Origin: Corallococcus coralloides
Lineage (GTDB): Bacteria > Myxococcota > Myxococcia > Myxococcales > Myxococcaceae
Strand: one strand, 5' to 3'
Length of the DNA: 64,000 nucleotides
Assembly (NCBI RefSeq): GCF_044792175.1
Contig: NZ_CP172866.1
This document shows positions 18,297-32,000 of this stretch, one piece after another. The notes under the pieces are model-generated. The model worked only from the letters and a program-made list of their open reading frames with translations. It did no database searches and was not told where the DNA came from. A program made the translations under genes and the position numbers. How positions within the stretch are numbered: position 1 is the first letter of the stretch; each line of letters begins with the position of its first letter.

Positions 18297-20048
18297 ATGC
18301 TCGACATCATCCAGCGGTTGGAGGCGGTGGACCCGCGGCGCGGCCTGTTTCTCTACGACGACTTCGTCGGGCCGCCGGAGTTCGTGCCCTACCGGGAGTT
18401 CGCCTCCCGGGTGGCCGGGGCGGCGGAGCACTTCCGCGCGCGCGGCGTGGCGCCGGGCACGCGCGTGGTGCTGCCCTTCGAGACCTCCTCGTCCGTCATC
18501 TTCGCCTTCCTGGCGCTGATGGAGCTGGGCGCGGTGCCCCTGTCCGTGAAGCCGTACATCCTGAGCACGCCGAAGGGGCCCTACCGGGAGTTCCTCGGGC
18601 GCATCCGCGAGCGCTACGGCGCGCAGCTCGTGCTGGACGTGTCCAGCCTGGCCGGCCTGGAGCTGCCCCTGGAGCGCCTGCCGCCGCCGCCCGCGGGCGC
18701 GAAGCGTCCGGGAGCGAAGCTGCGCGAGGTGGCGCCGGAGGAGCTGGCGTTCGTGCAGTTCTCGTCGGGGTCCACGTCGTTCCCCAAGGGCGTGCCCATC
18801 ACCCACGAGAACCTGGCCGCGAACCTGCGGATGATCATCCGGCACGACGGCCGCACGGCCGAGGACCGGGTGACGAGCTGGCTGCCGCTCTACCACGACA
18901 TGGGGCTCATCGGCGGGCTGCTCACCTGCATCACGGTGGGCAATGACCTGCTGCTGTCCCAGCCCGCGTCGTTCCTGATGGACCCGCTGGGCTGGCTGGA
19001 GCTCATCTCCTCCGAGAAGGTGATGGGCTCCGTCATCCCCAACTTCGCCATCGACTACGCGCTCAAGTCGCTCAAGTCGGCGGACGCGGAAGATTTGAAG
19101 CGGCTGGACCTGTCGCGCGTGCAGAGCATCTACCTGGGCAGCGAGCCCATCAACATCCCCAACCTGGAGCAGTTCCTGGAGATCCTCGCCCCGTGCGGCC
19201 TGCGGCGCGACGTGTTCATGCCCTGCTACGGCATGGCGGAGACGGTGCTGATGGTCGCGAGCGTGCCGCCGCGCCAGACGGTGCGCGTCATCACCGCGCC
19301 CAACGGCCAGCCGGCCATCTCCGTGGGCCGCCCGCTGACGGAGTTCGAGGTGCGGCTGCGCGCCGAGGACGGCCGGCCGTGCGGCGAGGGCGAGATGGGG
19401 GAAATCGAGCTGCGCGGCGGCAGCCTGGCGCCGTCGTACTTCCTGGATGACCGGCCCCTGCGCGGCGAGGACGGCTTCTACGCCACGGGCGACCTGGGCT
19501 TCCTGAAGGAGGGCGAGCTCTTCATCACCGGGCGCATCAACGACCGCATCAAGGTGAACGGCCAGAGCTTCTTCTCCGCGGACTTCGAGCAGGCCGTGGA
19601 GCGGCTGGCCTTCATCCGCCCGGGGCGCACCGCCGTCATCCAGGTGAAGGGGCGCCTCGTGGTGCTGGCGGAGGTGAACCACCCGTCCGCGCTGGAGCGC
19701 CTGGAGGCCAGCCGCAAGCAGGTCTGTCAGTCGGTGCTGGAGACGGTGGGCGTGACGCTCGCGCAGGAGGACGTCCTCTTCATCCGCTACGGCCAGCTCC
19801 AGAAGACGAGCAGCGGCAAGCTCCAGCGCCGCGCCATCACGGAGGCCTACGAGCAGGGCCGCATCCGCACCGTGACGCCCATGGAGCTGAGGGCGGACCT
19901 GCTCCAGATGCGCGCGCAGCGGCTCGTGCTGGGCTCCGTGATGGTCGCGCGGCAGCGGGGCCGGCGGTGGATGGCCTCCGGGAAGGCGGCGCTCACCGCG
20001 GGCCTCCAGCGGCTCAAGCCTGGGGGCCGGCGTCAGGACGGGCCCTGA
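18297..20048 (+). CDS. fatty acyl-AMP ligase (FAAL) / acyl-ACP synthetase-like adenylating enzyme
   Basis: 583 aa with AMP-binding motifs FSSGSTSFPKGV and YGMAETVL. ATG behind GGAGGGGAGG. The FAAL assignment (rather than CoA ligase) is inferred from the co-operonic ACP and PPTase. Confidence 0.65.
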   Translation: MLDIIQRLEAVDPRRGLFLYDDFVGPPEFVPYREFASRVAGAAEHFRARGVAPGTRVVLPFETSSSVIFAFLALMELGAVPLSVKPYILSTPKGPYREFLGRIRERYGAQLVLDVSSLAGLELPLERLPPPPAGAKRPGAKLREVAPEELAFVQFSSGSTSFPKGVPITHENLAANLRMIIRHDGRTAEDRVTSWLPLYHDMGLIGGLLTCITVGNDLLLSQPASFLMDPLGWLELISSEKVMGSVIPNFAIDYALKSLKSADAEDLKRLDLSRVQSIYLGSEPINIPNLEQFLEILAPCGLRRDVFMPCYGMAETVLMVASVPPRQTVRVITAPNGQPAISVGRPLTEFEVRLRAEDGRPCGEGEMGEIELRGGSLAPSYFLDDRPLRGEDGFYATGDLGFLKEGELFITGRINDRIKVNGQSFFSADFEQAVERLAFIRPGRTAVIQVKGRLVVLAEVNHPSALERLEASRKQVCQSVLETVGVTLAQEDVLFIRYGQLQKTSSGKLQRRAITEAYEQGRIRTVTPMELRADLLQMRAQRLVLGSVMVARQRGRRWMASGKAALTAGLQRLKPGGRRQDGP

Positions 20049-20057
20049 GCCCGGGGC

Positions 20058-21161
20058 TCAACGGGCCTTCGTGGAGGCCCACAGGTCCCACCCGCGCGCC
20101 GCGTGGCACGCATCGCCCACCAGGTCCAGGGCGAGCTGGGGCTGCGTCCTGGCCAGCGCCTCCGTGTCGCGGAAGGCGCCCGTGGCCTCCAGCCTCAGCG
20201 TGGCGTGCTCCAGCGCGGCCTTCGCCTCCGCCACCGCCCGGGCCTGCGCGGGCGTGGGCTTCCAGCCCGTCTCGTCCCGGTAGCGCCCCAGCGCCTCCAG
20301 GAAGTGGCCGTGGAACTTCACCATCTGCACCAGCACCGGGACGCGGTACGCGGGCGCGGCGGTGAGGGCGGCCTCGTACTGCTTCGCCTCCGAGCCCTGC
20401 CGGTACACCAGCACGTCCACCTGCGCGTCCAGCCGCGCGCCCCAGGCCTTGCGCACGGCGGGGAAGCGCGCCCAGCCCGCGACGGCCTGGAAGAAGTGGA
20501 GCCCTCCACACGGGTGCGCGTAGATGCCCTGCCTGTTCTTGGGCACCTGGGGGAGGCCCGCCTTCATGCCCCGCATCAGCTCCGCGTTCGCGGACTCCAG
20601 CGTGGCGAGCGCGGCGTCCATCACCGCGTCCATGCGCACCGTCTCACCCGCGCCGTTGACGAACGCGCCCCCGGGCTCCAGCACGTGGGACAGCGCGTCC
20701 AGCGCCCACGCTCCGTCCGGCGAGGTGGCGAGCGCGGGGCGGAAGTCGTGCTGGAGCGACGCCACCAGCTCCCGCAGCGTCACCTTTCCCCACGCGGTGG
20801 GGAACGCCTGCGAGCGCGGGTAGCCCGCGAGCAGGAACGTCTTCACCTGGAGCGCCGGGTGGGGCTCCACGGGCGTGCCGTCCGGGGTGAAGGCGTCGAA
20901 GAAGTAGCGGGCCGCGCCCCCCGCGTCGGGGGCGTCCCGGCGCAGGAACCCCGCGACGATGGCGTCCGAGGCCGGGCGGCCGTCCCGCGCGCGGAACGCC
21001 TTCCCGTCCAGGTCCATGCCGTGCGCGAGCGCCCAGGGCCTGGAGGGATCCGCCGCGTGCGCGCGGCACTGCGTATGGAGCACCGCGGGCGCGGAAGGAG
21101 GGGAGGGCGGGGGCGCGGCGCTCAGGCCGAGCCCGAGCAGGGCCACGAAGGAGGGGAGCAT
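20058..21161 (-). CDS. secreted hypothetical protein
   Basis: Signal peptide MLPSFVALLGLGLSAAPPPS; no motif I recognised. Convergent with the FAAL gene. Confidence 0.5.
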   Translation of the reverse strand: MLPSFVALLGLGLSAAPPPSPPSAPAVLHTQCRAHAADPSRPWALAHGMDLDGKAFRARDGRPASDAIVAGFLRRDAPDAGGAARYFFDAFTPDGTPVEPHPALQVKTFLLAGYPRSQAFPTAWGKVTLRELVASLQHDFRPALATSPDGAWALDALSHVLEPGGAFVNGAGETVRMDAVMDAALATLESANAELMRGMKAGLPQVPKNRQGIYAHPCGGLHFFQAVAGWARFPAVRKAWGARLDAQVDVLVYRQGSEAKQYEAALTAAPAYRVPVLVQMVKFHGHFLEALGRYRDETGWKPTPAQARAVAEAKAALEHATLRLEATGAFRDTEALARTQPQLALDLVGDACHAARGWDLWASTKAR

Positions 21162-21213
21162 GGGCGCGGGCAGTGTCGCAGCCCGCGCCCGTCCACGCAC
21201 CTGGGAGCCGTCC

Positions 21214-21756
21214 TCAGCGCGGCGGGGCGCTGGCCTTCATGCGGGCGAGCATCCGCTCGATGATGCCGAACAGCGCCTCGCGGTCCTCCTCGGGAAGCAG
21301 GCCCATCAACCGGCGGATGCCCGCGTCCGTCATCAACTGGATGACCTTGTAGATTTCACAGCCCCGGTCGGTGAGCTTCGCGGTGACGGCGCGGCGGTCC
21401 TCCGCGTCCCGGCCGCGCTCCACCATGCCCATGTCCTCCAGGCGGTCCACCACGCCGGTGATGGTCTTCTTGGTGATGCCGATGCGCTGGGCCAGCACCC
21501 CGACCTGGGTGGGGCCGTCCATGCCCAGCCACCCCAGCGCGTGCACCTGGGTGGGGGTCAGCCGCATGTCGTCGCAGAGGCTCGCCAGCGGGTCCCTCAG
21601 GGAGCGGAAGTGGGCCAGCTCCCGGATGAGCCCCATGAAGCGGCGCGAGTCCGGCGTGGACTGGTCCCCCTCCTGGAGCAGGCGCTCCATCATGGCCTTC
21701 TCGTCGGCGGCTTCGTCCTTCCCCTCGGAGCGCGCGTCCGGCTCCGAGGGCGGCAT
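21214..21756 (-). CDS. MarR family transcriptional regulator
   Basis: Winged-helix region LTPTQVHALGWLGMDGPTQVGVLAQRIGITKKTITGVVDRLE. It is the last gene of the efflux operon. Confidence 0.75.
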   Translation of the reverse strand: MPPSEPDARSEGKDEAADEKAMMERLLQEGDQSTPDSRRFMGLIRELAHFRSLRDPLASLCDDMRLTPTQVHALGWLGMDGPTQVGVLAQRIGITKKTITGVVDRLEDMGMVERGRDAEDRRAVTAKLTDRGCEIYKVIQLMTDAGIRRLMGLLPEEDREALFGIIERMLARMKASAPPR

Positions 21757-21776
21757 GATGGAGGTGGGGCGGCGCA

Positions 21777-24926
<3,150 letters not shown>

Positions 24927-24964
24927 TCAGGTACCCAGGAAAGAAGAGGGGAGGGCAGGGACCG

Positions 24965-26065
24965 CTACTGCGCGACGCGCACGGCGGTCCCCTCCTTGAC
25001 GTCCAGCGAGGCGTCGGCGAGCACGCGCTCCTCCGCCGTCAGGCCCTGCAGCACCTTCACGTAGCCCGGCAGCACGCGCTGCACGCGCACGTCGCGCTTG
25101 CGCACGGTGCCGTCCTGCACCACCCACACGAAGCCGTCCTGGCCCTTGCTGCTGACGGCCTGCGCCGGCAGGAACAGGCCGTTGCCCGCGTCACCCGCGG
25201 CCTTGGAGAAGTCCATCTCCACCAGCGCGCCGGGGCGCAGCGGGTGGTCCGTCTTGCCCGTCACGTCCGCCAGCACCTCCACGGTGCGGCTCTGCGCGTC
25301 GATGACGGCGCCCACGTTGGCCACCTTCGCCTCGAAGCGCATGCCGCTGGGGTTCACGGTGCCCGGCGTCACCGTGCCCGGCGTCACGTTGTCGATGACG
25401 GACTCCGGCACCATCATCCGGATCTCCAGCCCGTCCGTGTCCACGATGGAGAACACCGGCGTGGAGGGCGTCATCGCCACGGAGTCACCCACGTTCTTGT
25501 TGCGCGCGGTGATGATGCCGTTGAAGGGCGCCACGATGTTGTGGTCGCGCAGGTTCTCCAGCGCCAGCCGGTAGGCCGCGCCCGCCTGGGCCGCCTGGGC
25601 CGCGGCCTGCTTCTGGCCAATCTCCACCTGCTCCAGCGCGTTGGCCGCGACACCGCCGGACTCGGCGACCTTGCGGGTGCGCTCCAGGTTGCTGGTGGCC
25701 AACTGCAGCGCGGCCTCCGCCATGTCCTTGGCCGCCTTCGCCTGGTCCACCGCGATGGCCACGTTGGACGTGTCCAACTGCGCCAGCACGTCGCCCTTCT
25801 TCACCTTGTCGCCCACCCGGACGTTCACCTTCGCGAGCGTGCCCGTCGCCTGGGGACCCAGGACGGCCTCCTGCTTGGAGCGGACCTGCCCCGTCACGCG
25901 CGTCACGTTCTGCTCCAGCTCCGTGGCCGGGGTGATGGCCTTGACGCCCAGCGCGTTGGAGCCTTCCTGCTGCGCCGGAAGCTGCGCCTTCTCCGCGCCC
26001 GCCTTCGAGCACCCCGCCGTCGACACCGCCACGGCCACCACGGCAGCCAAGATTCGCTGATTCAC
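24965..26065 (-). CDS. RND efflux membrane-fusion protein (HlyD family), lipoprotein
   Basis: Lipobox STAGC. Coiled-coil and beta-barrel MFP pattern. Contains a tandem TPGTVTPGTV. Confidence 0.85.
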   Translation of the reverse strand: MNQRILAAVVAVAVSTAGCSKAGAEKAQLPAQQEGSNALGVKAITPATELEQNVTRVTGQVRSKQEAVLGPQATGTLAKVNVRVGDKVKKGDVLAQLDTSNVAIAVDQAKAAKDMAEAALQLATSNLERTRKVAESGGVAANALEQVEIGQKQAAAQAAQAGAAYRLALENLRDHNIVAPFNGIITARNKNVGDSVAMTPSTPVFSIVDTDGLEIRMMVPESVIDNVTPGTVTPGTVNPSGMRFEAKVANVGAVIDAQSRTVEVLADVTGKTDHPLRPGALVEMDFSKAAGDAGNGLFLPAQAVSSKGQDGFVWVVQDGTVRKRDVRVQRVLPGYVKVLQGLTAEERVLADASLDVKEGTAVRVAQ

Positions 26066-26397
26066 GCGTCCGAACTCCTGCCGGGTCGCCGGCGGGACAC
26101 CCGCCCTGGCACCTGCTCCGGCTAATTCTTTGTGGGCTAGAAATTACCGACGCTCGATTATCTGTCAAGAGGATACTCCGGAGTGCGGACTATCCACTCC
26201 CCAGTCATCCTGCGGGGTTGGCTGCTTGCCCTGCCGAGCTTCAGACTTCTTCACAACACCGGTGCCGGCGCGCTGCGTCACCAGGAAGGCGGGCGCCGGG
26301 CGGGGTGGGGACGGGGCGCGTCGCTTGTGGCTGACGCCGGGGGCCTGTTATTGACTCGCGAATCAACCCACAGCGGGACAACCCCCGAGGACTCGCG

Positions 26398-27537
26398 ATG
26401 CTCAACCCGTTCACCGAGGACCACGAAGCGTTTCGCAGGTCGGTGCGCGCCTTCGTGGAGAAGGAGATGGCGCCCTACGGTCTGGAGTGGGACCGGGCGG
26501 GCATCTTCCCGAAGGAGCTGTTCAAGAAGTGCGGCGAGCTGGGCTTTTTGGGCATCAACCACGACCCGAAGTTCGGCGGCAGCGGCCTGGACTACTGGTA
26601 CGTGACGGCGTTCGCGGAGGAGCTGTCGCGCAGCCGCAACGCGGGCGTGAACATGGCGCTGCTGGTGCAGAGCCAGATGGCCACGCCCATCATCAACGAA
26701 ATCGGCACGGACGAGCAGAAGCGCGAGTTCCTGGAGCCCGCGCTCAAGGGCGAGCGCATCGCGGCGCTGGGCGTGAGCGAGCCGGGGTGCGGCTCCGACG
26801 TGGCGAGCATCAAGACGACGGCGCGCCGGGACGGCGACGACTACGTCATCAACGGCTCCAAGATGTGGATCACCAACGGCACGCGCGCGGACTTCATCAC
26901 GCTGGCGGTGCGCACGGGGGAGCAGGGCTACGGCGGCATCTCGCTGGTGACGTTCCCCACGGACGTGAAGGGGTTCGGCGTCTCCAAGAAGCTGGACAAG
27001 ATTGGAAACCTGTCCTCGGACACGGCCATCCTCTACTTCGAGGACTGCCGCATCCCCGCGCGCTACGTGCTGGGCGAGGAGAACGCGGGCTTCTACCACA
27101 TCATGACCAACTTCCAGGGTGAGCGCCTGGTGGGCGCCATCACCACGGTGGGCGGCATGGACCGGATGCTGGAGGACGCGCTCCAGTACGGCAACGAGCG
27201 CGAGGCGTTCGGCCGGCCGCTCATCAAGTTCCAGGTGTGGCGCCACAAGTTCGTGGAGCACCTGACGGCGGTGGAGGCGGCGCGGCGGCTCAACTACTAC
27301 GCGGTGGACCTCTACGACCGGAAGGAGAACCCGGTGAAGGAGATCTCCATGGCGAAGCTGTTCGCCGGAGACCTGGCCCAGCGCGTGGCCTACGACTGCC
27401 AGCAGTTCTTCGGCGGCATGGGCTACATCGAGGAGACGCCCATCGCGCGCATGTGGCGCGACGTGCGGCTCATCACCATCGGTGGCGGCACGTCCGAGGT
27501 GATGAAGGAGATCATCTCCAAGCTGTACGGCTTCTAG
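26398..27537 (+). CDS. acyl-CoA dehydrogenase
   Basis: ACAD motifs [18 protein letters not shown] and [11 protein letters not shown]; 379 aa. Confidence 0.9.
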   Translation: MLNPFTEDHEAFRRSVRAFVEKEMAPYGLEWDRAGIFPKELFKKCGELGFLGINHDPKFGGSGLDYWYVTAFAEELSRSRNAGVNMALLVQSQMATPIINEIGTDEQKREFLEPALKGERIAALGVSEPGCGSDVASIKTTARRDGDDYVINGSKMWITNGTRADFITLAVRTGEQGYGGISLVTFPTDVKGFGVSKKLDKIGNLSSDTAILYFEDCRIPARYVLGEENAGFYHIMTNFQGERLVGAITTVGGMDRMLEDALQYGNEREAFGRPLIKFQVWRHKFVEHLTAVEAARRLNYYAVDLYDRKENPVKEISMAKLFAGDLAQRVAYDCQQFFGGMGYIEETPIARMWRDVRLITIGGGTSEVMKEIISKLYGF

Positions 27538-27825
27538 CTACTTCCTGCCGAAGAGGGCCTCCGCGGCGCTGAGCATCGCGTCGCGGGAGTCCTTCTGGTG
27601 CAGGCCGCCTTCGCCCAACTGGAAGAGTTCGCAGAAGTTGGCCTCGTCCTTGTCTCGGGGCACCTCCGCGAAGGGCTCCTTGCAGGCCTTGGCCACGGAC
27701 TCGTCGAAGTGCCGGCAGTTGCGGCACGAGCGCAGGTCCTCCTCGCAGCCGGGACACGTGTCGCGGCGGCCCACCTGGTTGGCGATGATGTCGAGCGTGC
27801 GTCCGCAGTGCGCGCAGCCGGGCAT
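27538..27825 (-). CDS. small Cys-rich zinc-ribbon-like protein (hypothetical)
   Basis: 95 aa carrying CAHC, CPGC and CRNC pairs. Convergent with and abutting the acyl-CoA dehydrogenase stop. Confidence 0.45.
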   Translation of the reverse strand: MPGCAHCGRTLDIIANQVGRRDTCPGCEEDLRSCRNCRHFDESVAKACKEPFAEVPRDKDEANFCELFQLGEGGLHQKDSRDAMLSAAEALFGRK

Positions 27826-27876
27826 GGCGGTCCTCCCCGTCAGACGGTGACGGAGGGCATCCTGCCAGAGTCCCGG

Positions 27877-28284
27877 CTAACGCTGGACGCTGGGCGCGAA
27901 CGCCGGGGCGGGCAGGGAGGAGGCCTCCTGGGGCCGGCGCAGCTCGCCGGTGGCGTCCAGGAGCTGATCATCCAGCCGCTTGAGGAGGAAGAGGACGTAG
28001 GCGGACAGGGCGGACAGGACGGCGGCCATGATGCCCAGCAGCATGCCGCGCTGCCAGCGGTGGGCCTGCTCCATCACCCCACGGCGCTCCTTGAAGGTCT
28101 TCAACTGGGCGTCCACGGAGCTGCCGTCCAGCTTCTGGGCGAAGTCGGAGGCCTGGGCGCTGCCCCGGGCCATCAGCCAGCGCCCCTCCGCCTGCAGGGC
28201 CTCGGCGCGTGCGTAGCAGAACGCCGCCCCACCCGCGAAGAGCAGGGAGATGCACAAGGCCGCTGTCACGCTCCGGGTGCCCAT
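27877..28284 (-). CDS. small membrane protein (hypothetical, 2 TM)
   Basis: N-terminal and internal hydrophobic helices; no motif I recognised. Confidence 0.4.
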   Translation of the reverse strand: MGTRSVTAALCISLLFAGGAAFCYARAEALQAEGRWLMARGSAQASDFAQKLDGSSVDAQLKTFKERRGVMEQAHRWQRGMLLGIMAAVLSALSAYVLFLLKRLDDQLLDATGELRRPQEASSLPAPAFAPSVQR

Positions 28285-28386
28285 GCCACCAACCCTCCGG
28301 CGAAGTCCGTGGGCGCGGCCAGCCGACAGGCCGCGACTGCTCCGGCTTTCCGAAGACAGTAGCGGATGCTAGGGACGGCTTCTGAC

Positions 28387-29007
28387 ATGGGCAAGCCCTA
28401 CCGTCCTAAAGACCACTATTTCCAGAAAGCCAAGCAAGAGGGACTGCGAGCGCGTTCCGCGTTCAAGGTCGATGAGATCCTCAAGCGCTTCCCCGGGTCC
28501 GTGAAGAAGGGCGCGGCGGTGCTGGATCTGGGCGCGGCGCCGGGCGGGTTCCTCCAGATATTGGCGGACGCGGTGGGGATGAATGGGCGCGTCATCGGCG
28601 TGGACATCGTCGCCATCCGGCCGTTCACCCAGAAGTGGGTGACGACGGCGGTGCTGGACGTGCTCGCGGACGACTTCGACGCGAAGCTGGCCGCGATGTA
28701 CGACGGTCCCTTCGACGCGGTCATCTCCGACATGGCGCCCAAGACGTCCGGCATCAAGGGCACGGACGAGGCGCGCAGCCTGCGGCTCGCGGGCAAGGCG
28801 CTGGAGGTGGCCGCCACGCGCGGCAGGCCCGGCGGCACGTTCGTGGCCAAGGTCTTCATGGGCGGCGACTTCGAGGCCTTCCGTGACGAGGTGCGCCAGC
28901 ACTTCGAGGAGGTGAAGATCGTCCGTCCGGAGGCCACGCGCGGCGCCAGCATGGAGGTCTACGTGGTGGGGCTGCGGCGCCGGGCTCCGGCGCCAGCGGC
29001 GTCCTGA
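28387..29007 (+). CDS. rlmE: 23S rRNA (uridine2552-2'-O)-methyltransferase RlmE/FtsJ
   Basis: SAM-binding LDLGAAPGGF and the FtsJ core. The start is taken at MGKPYRP. Confidence 0.85.
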   Translation: MGKPYRPKDHYFQKAKQEGLRARSAFKVDEILKRFPGSVKKGAAVLDLGAAPGGFLQILADAVGMNGRVIGVDIVAIRPFTQKWVTTAVLDVLADDFDAKLAAMYDGPFDAVISDMAPKTSGIKGTDEARSLRLAGKALEVAATRGRPGGTFVAKVFMGGDFEAFRDEVRQHFEEVKIVRPEATRGASMEVYVVGLRRRAPAPAAS

Positions 29008-29058
29008 AACAGCGAAGGGAACGCCAGGGACGCGGGCGGCGTCTAGAGTGCCGCCCCT

Positions 29059-32000
29059 ATGGCTTCTCCACCACGCTCGCGTCCCGCCGCCGTCGTCCTG
29101 TGTCTGCTGTCCCTCGCGCTGTCCTCCGTGTCCGTGGCCGCCCCCGCGAAGGGGCCCCCGACGTGGAAGGCCATCGACGCGCTCGTCGAGGACGACAAGG
29201 TGGAGTCCGCCGCGCAGGGGGCCGAGGCCCGGCTCGCCGCGGCGAAGGCCCAGGGTGACGCCGACGAGTGGACGCGCGCGCTGGTGCGCACGGTGCAACT
29301 GCGCACGCGGCTGCATGGCTATGAGACGACGGTGCGCTTCCTGCGTGAACAGCCCTGGCCGGAGGGGCTGCGGCAGCAGGCCACGCTCCACCTGTTCTAC
29401 GCGGCGGTGCTCGCGAACTACCAGCAGTCGTACAGCTATGAGATTGGCCAGCGCGAGCAGGTGGTGTCCTCCGGGCCGGTGGACCTGAAGGCGTGGACGA
29501 AGGATCAGATTTCAGCGGAGATCCAGCGCACCTACGCCGCCGTCTGGGAGTCGCGGCAGAAGTTCGGCACGGAGCCCGTGAAGGGGCTGTCCGAGTACAT
29601 CCAGCCCAACACCTATCCGGACGGCATCCGGTCCACGGTGCGCGACGCGGTGACGTACCTGTGGGTGGACTCGCTGGACGACACGGACCTGTGGCGCCCG
29701 GAGCAGGAGCAGGGCGTGTACCGGCTGGACCTGGGCGCGCTGCTGGAGGGCACGCCGAAGGTGGAGCTGAAGGACCCGTCCGTGCATCCGCTGCTGAAGG
29801 TGGCGGCGGTGCTGGGGGACCTGGAGGCGTGGCACCTGGCGGCGGGCCGGCGCGAGGCGGCGCTGGAGGCGCGGCTGCGGCGCTACGCGGCGATGGAGGC
29901 GTCGTTCACCGAGGCCGCGGACAAGCGGCGCATCCGTGAGCACCTGGCCGCGCACCTGAAGGGCTTCCGGGACGTGCCGTGGTGGTCCAAGGGGCAGTTC
30001 GAGCTGGCGGCGCTGGAGCAGCAGGCGGGCCGCGCCATCACCGCGCATGCCCTGGCGAAGGCGGGCGCGGAGGCGTGGCCGAAGTCGGTGGGCGGCATGC
30101 AGTGCGCGGCGCTGGTGGGGAGCCTGGAGGCGCCGGAGCTGTACGCGACCGGGATGCAGGTGGACGGGCCGGGCAAGCGCTCCATCCTGGTGGGCCACCG
30201 CAACGTGGGCGCGGTGTACTTCCGGGCGTACGCGCTGGACGTGGAGGCGCGGCTCGCGAAGCCCGACGAGGACCTGTCGCTGTTCCCCTCCACCGCGGAG
30301 ATGCTGCGCATGGTGGCGTCTCGCAAGCCGGACGCCGCGTGGAGCACGGCGCTGCCGCCCACGCCGGACTTCCAGCGGCACCAGACGTTCGTGACCCCGC
30401 CCGCGCTCAAGCCGGGCGCATACGTCATCGCCCTGTCCACGCGCGAGGACTTCGCGAAGAAGAACAGCCGGATCCTCTCCCTGCCGATGTCCGTGTCGCC
30501 CTGGGCGGTGACGGTGCGCAAGGCGAACCCCAACCAGGCGGAGGTCCACGTGGTGGACGGGGCCACGGGGGCGGGCGCCGCGAACGTGGAGGTGCGGCTG
30601 GTGACGTCGGACTACCGCACCCGCCGCTTCGGGGTCACCAGCCGCCGCACGGACGCGAACGGCGACCTGCTGGTCACGGGCTCGGACGCCAACCGCTACG
30701 AGGACATGCAGTTGGTGGTGGGCCGGGGCAAGGGCGTGATGGTGGTCCCGGGGTCGATGTACCTGTCCTCCGCCCATGAGCCGTCCCTGGATGACCAGAC
30801 GCTCATCTACACGGACCGCGCCGTCTACCGTCCCATGCAGAAGCTGCTGTGGAAGGTGGTGGCCTACCGTCCGGAGGTGGCGTCCAAGCGCTACCGCGTC
30901 CTGCCGGACTCGCCGGTGACGGTGACGCTCGTGGACCCCAACGGCCAGGAGGTGTCCAAGCGCGAGGCCCGCACCAACACGTTCGGGTCGGTGGCGGGTG
31001 AGTTCGACATCCCCTCGGGGCGGCCGCTGGGCCAGTGGACGGTGCGCACCCGCCCCAACGGCTACGCGAACGTGCGAGTGGAGGAGTACAAGCGGCCCAC
31101 CTTCGAGGTGACGCTGAAGGACGCGCCGGAGGCCCTGCGGCTCAACCGGCGCGCGACGTTCAAGGGCGAGGCCCGCTACTACTTCGGCCTGCCGGTGACG
31201 CGCGGCGCGGTGAAGTGGCGCGTGTCGCGCGAGCCGGTGCTGCCGCGCTGGTGGTTCTGGGAGCGCATCCCGGCCACCACGGACCTGGTGGCCTCCGGGA
31301 CGGCCACGGTGGGGGAGGACGGCGGCTTCACCGTGGCGTTCACCCCGGAAGCGGACGAGCGGCTCGCGAAGGCGCAGGGCATGTCGTGGCGCTACCGCGT
31401 GGAGGCGGACCTGACGGACGAGGGCGGTGAGACGCGCTCCGCGAGCCGCGCCTTCCGCCTGGGCTTCGTGTCGGTGGAGGGCCGCGTGGACTCCGACGTG
31501 GGCTTCGTCCGCGAGGACTTCCCGTCGGAGGTGCGGCTCGTCCGCTCGAACCTGGATGGCGCGCCGCAGGCCGGACCGGGCCGCTGGCGGCTCATCGCCC
31601 TGAAGGCTCCGGGCCGTCCGCTGATGCCGTCGGAGGTCCCGGTGGACAGGCCCAAGCCCCTGGACGCGGACGCGCAGTCGCTCAAGGAGACCTCCCCCAC
31701 GCCGGGGGATTCGCTCAAGGCGCGCTGGGACACGAGCTACGACGTGGAGCAGACGCTGCAGCGCTGGGACGACGGCGCGGAGGTGGCGCAGGCTGCGGTG
31801 ACGCATGGCGCGGACGGGGTGGCCACCGTGAAGCTGCCGGCGCTGCGCGCGGGGGCGTACCGCCTGCGCTACGAGACGACGGATCCGTTCGGTCAGAAGG
31901 CCACCGCGCAGCGGGACTTCGTGGTGGCGGGAGCCCGGGCTCCGGCGGGGCTGCCCGCGGTGCTGGCGGCGGAGCGCGCCTCCGTGCGCGTGGGCGAGGT

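Noticed and set aside
26100-26125. Sigma-54 promoter (TGGCAC at 26107-26112)
   Set aside because: The -12 element is absent: TGGCAC is followed after 5 nt by CCGGC rather than TTGCW. No enhancer-binding protein gene is nearby.
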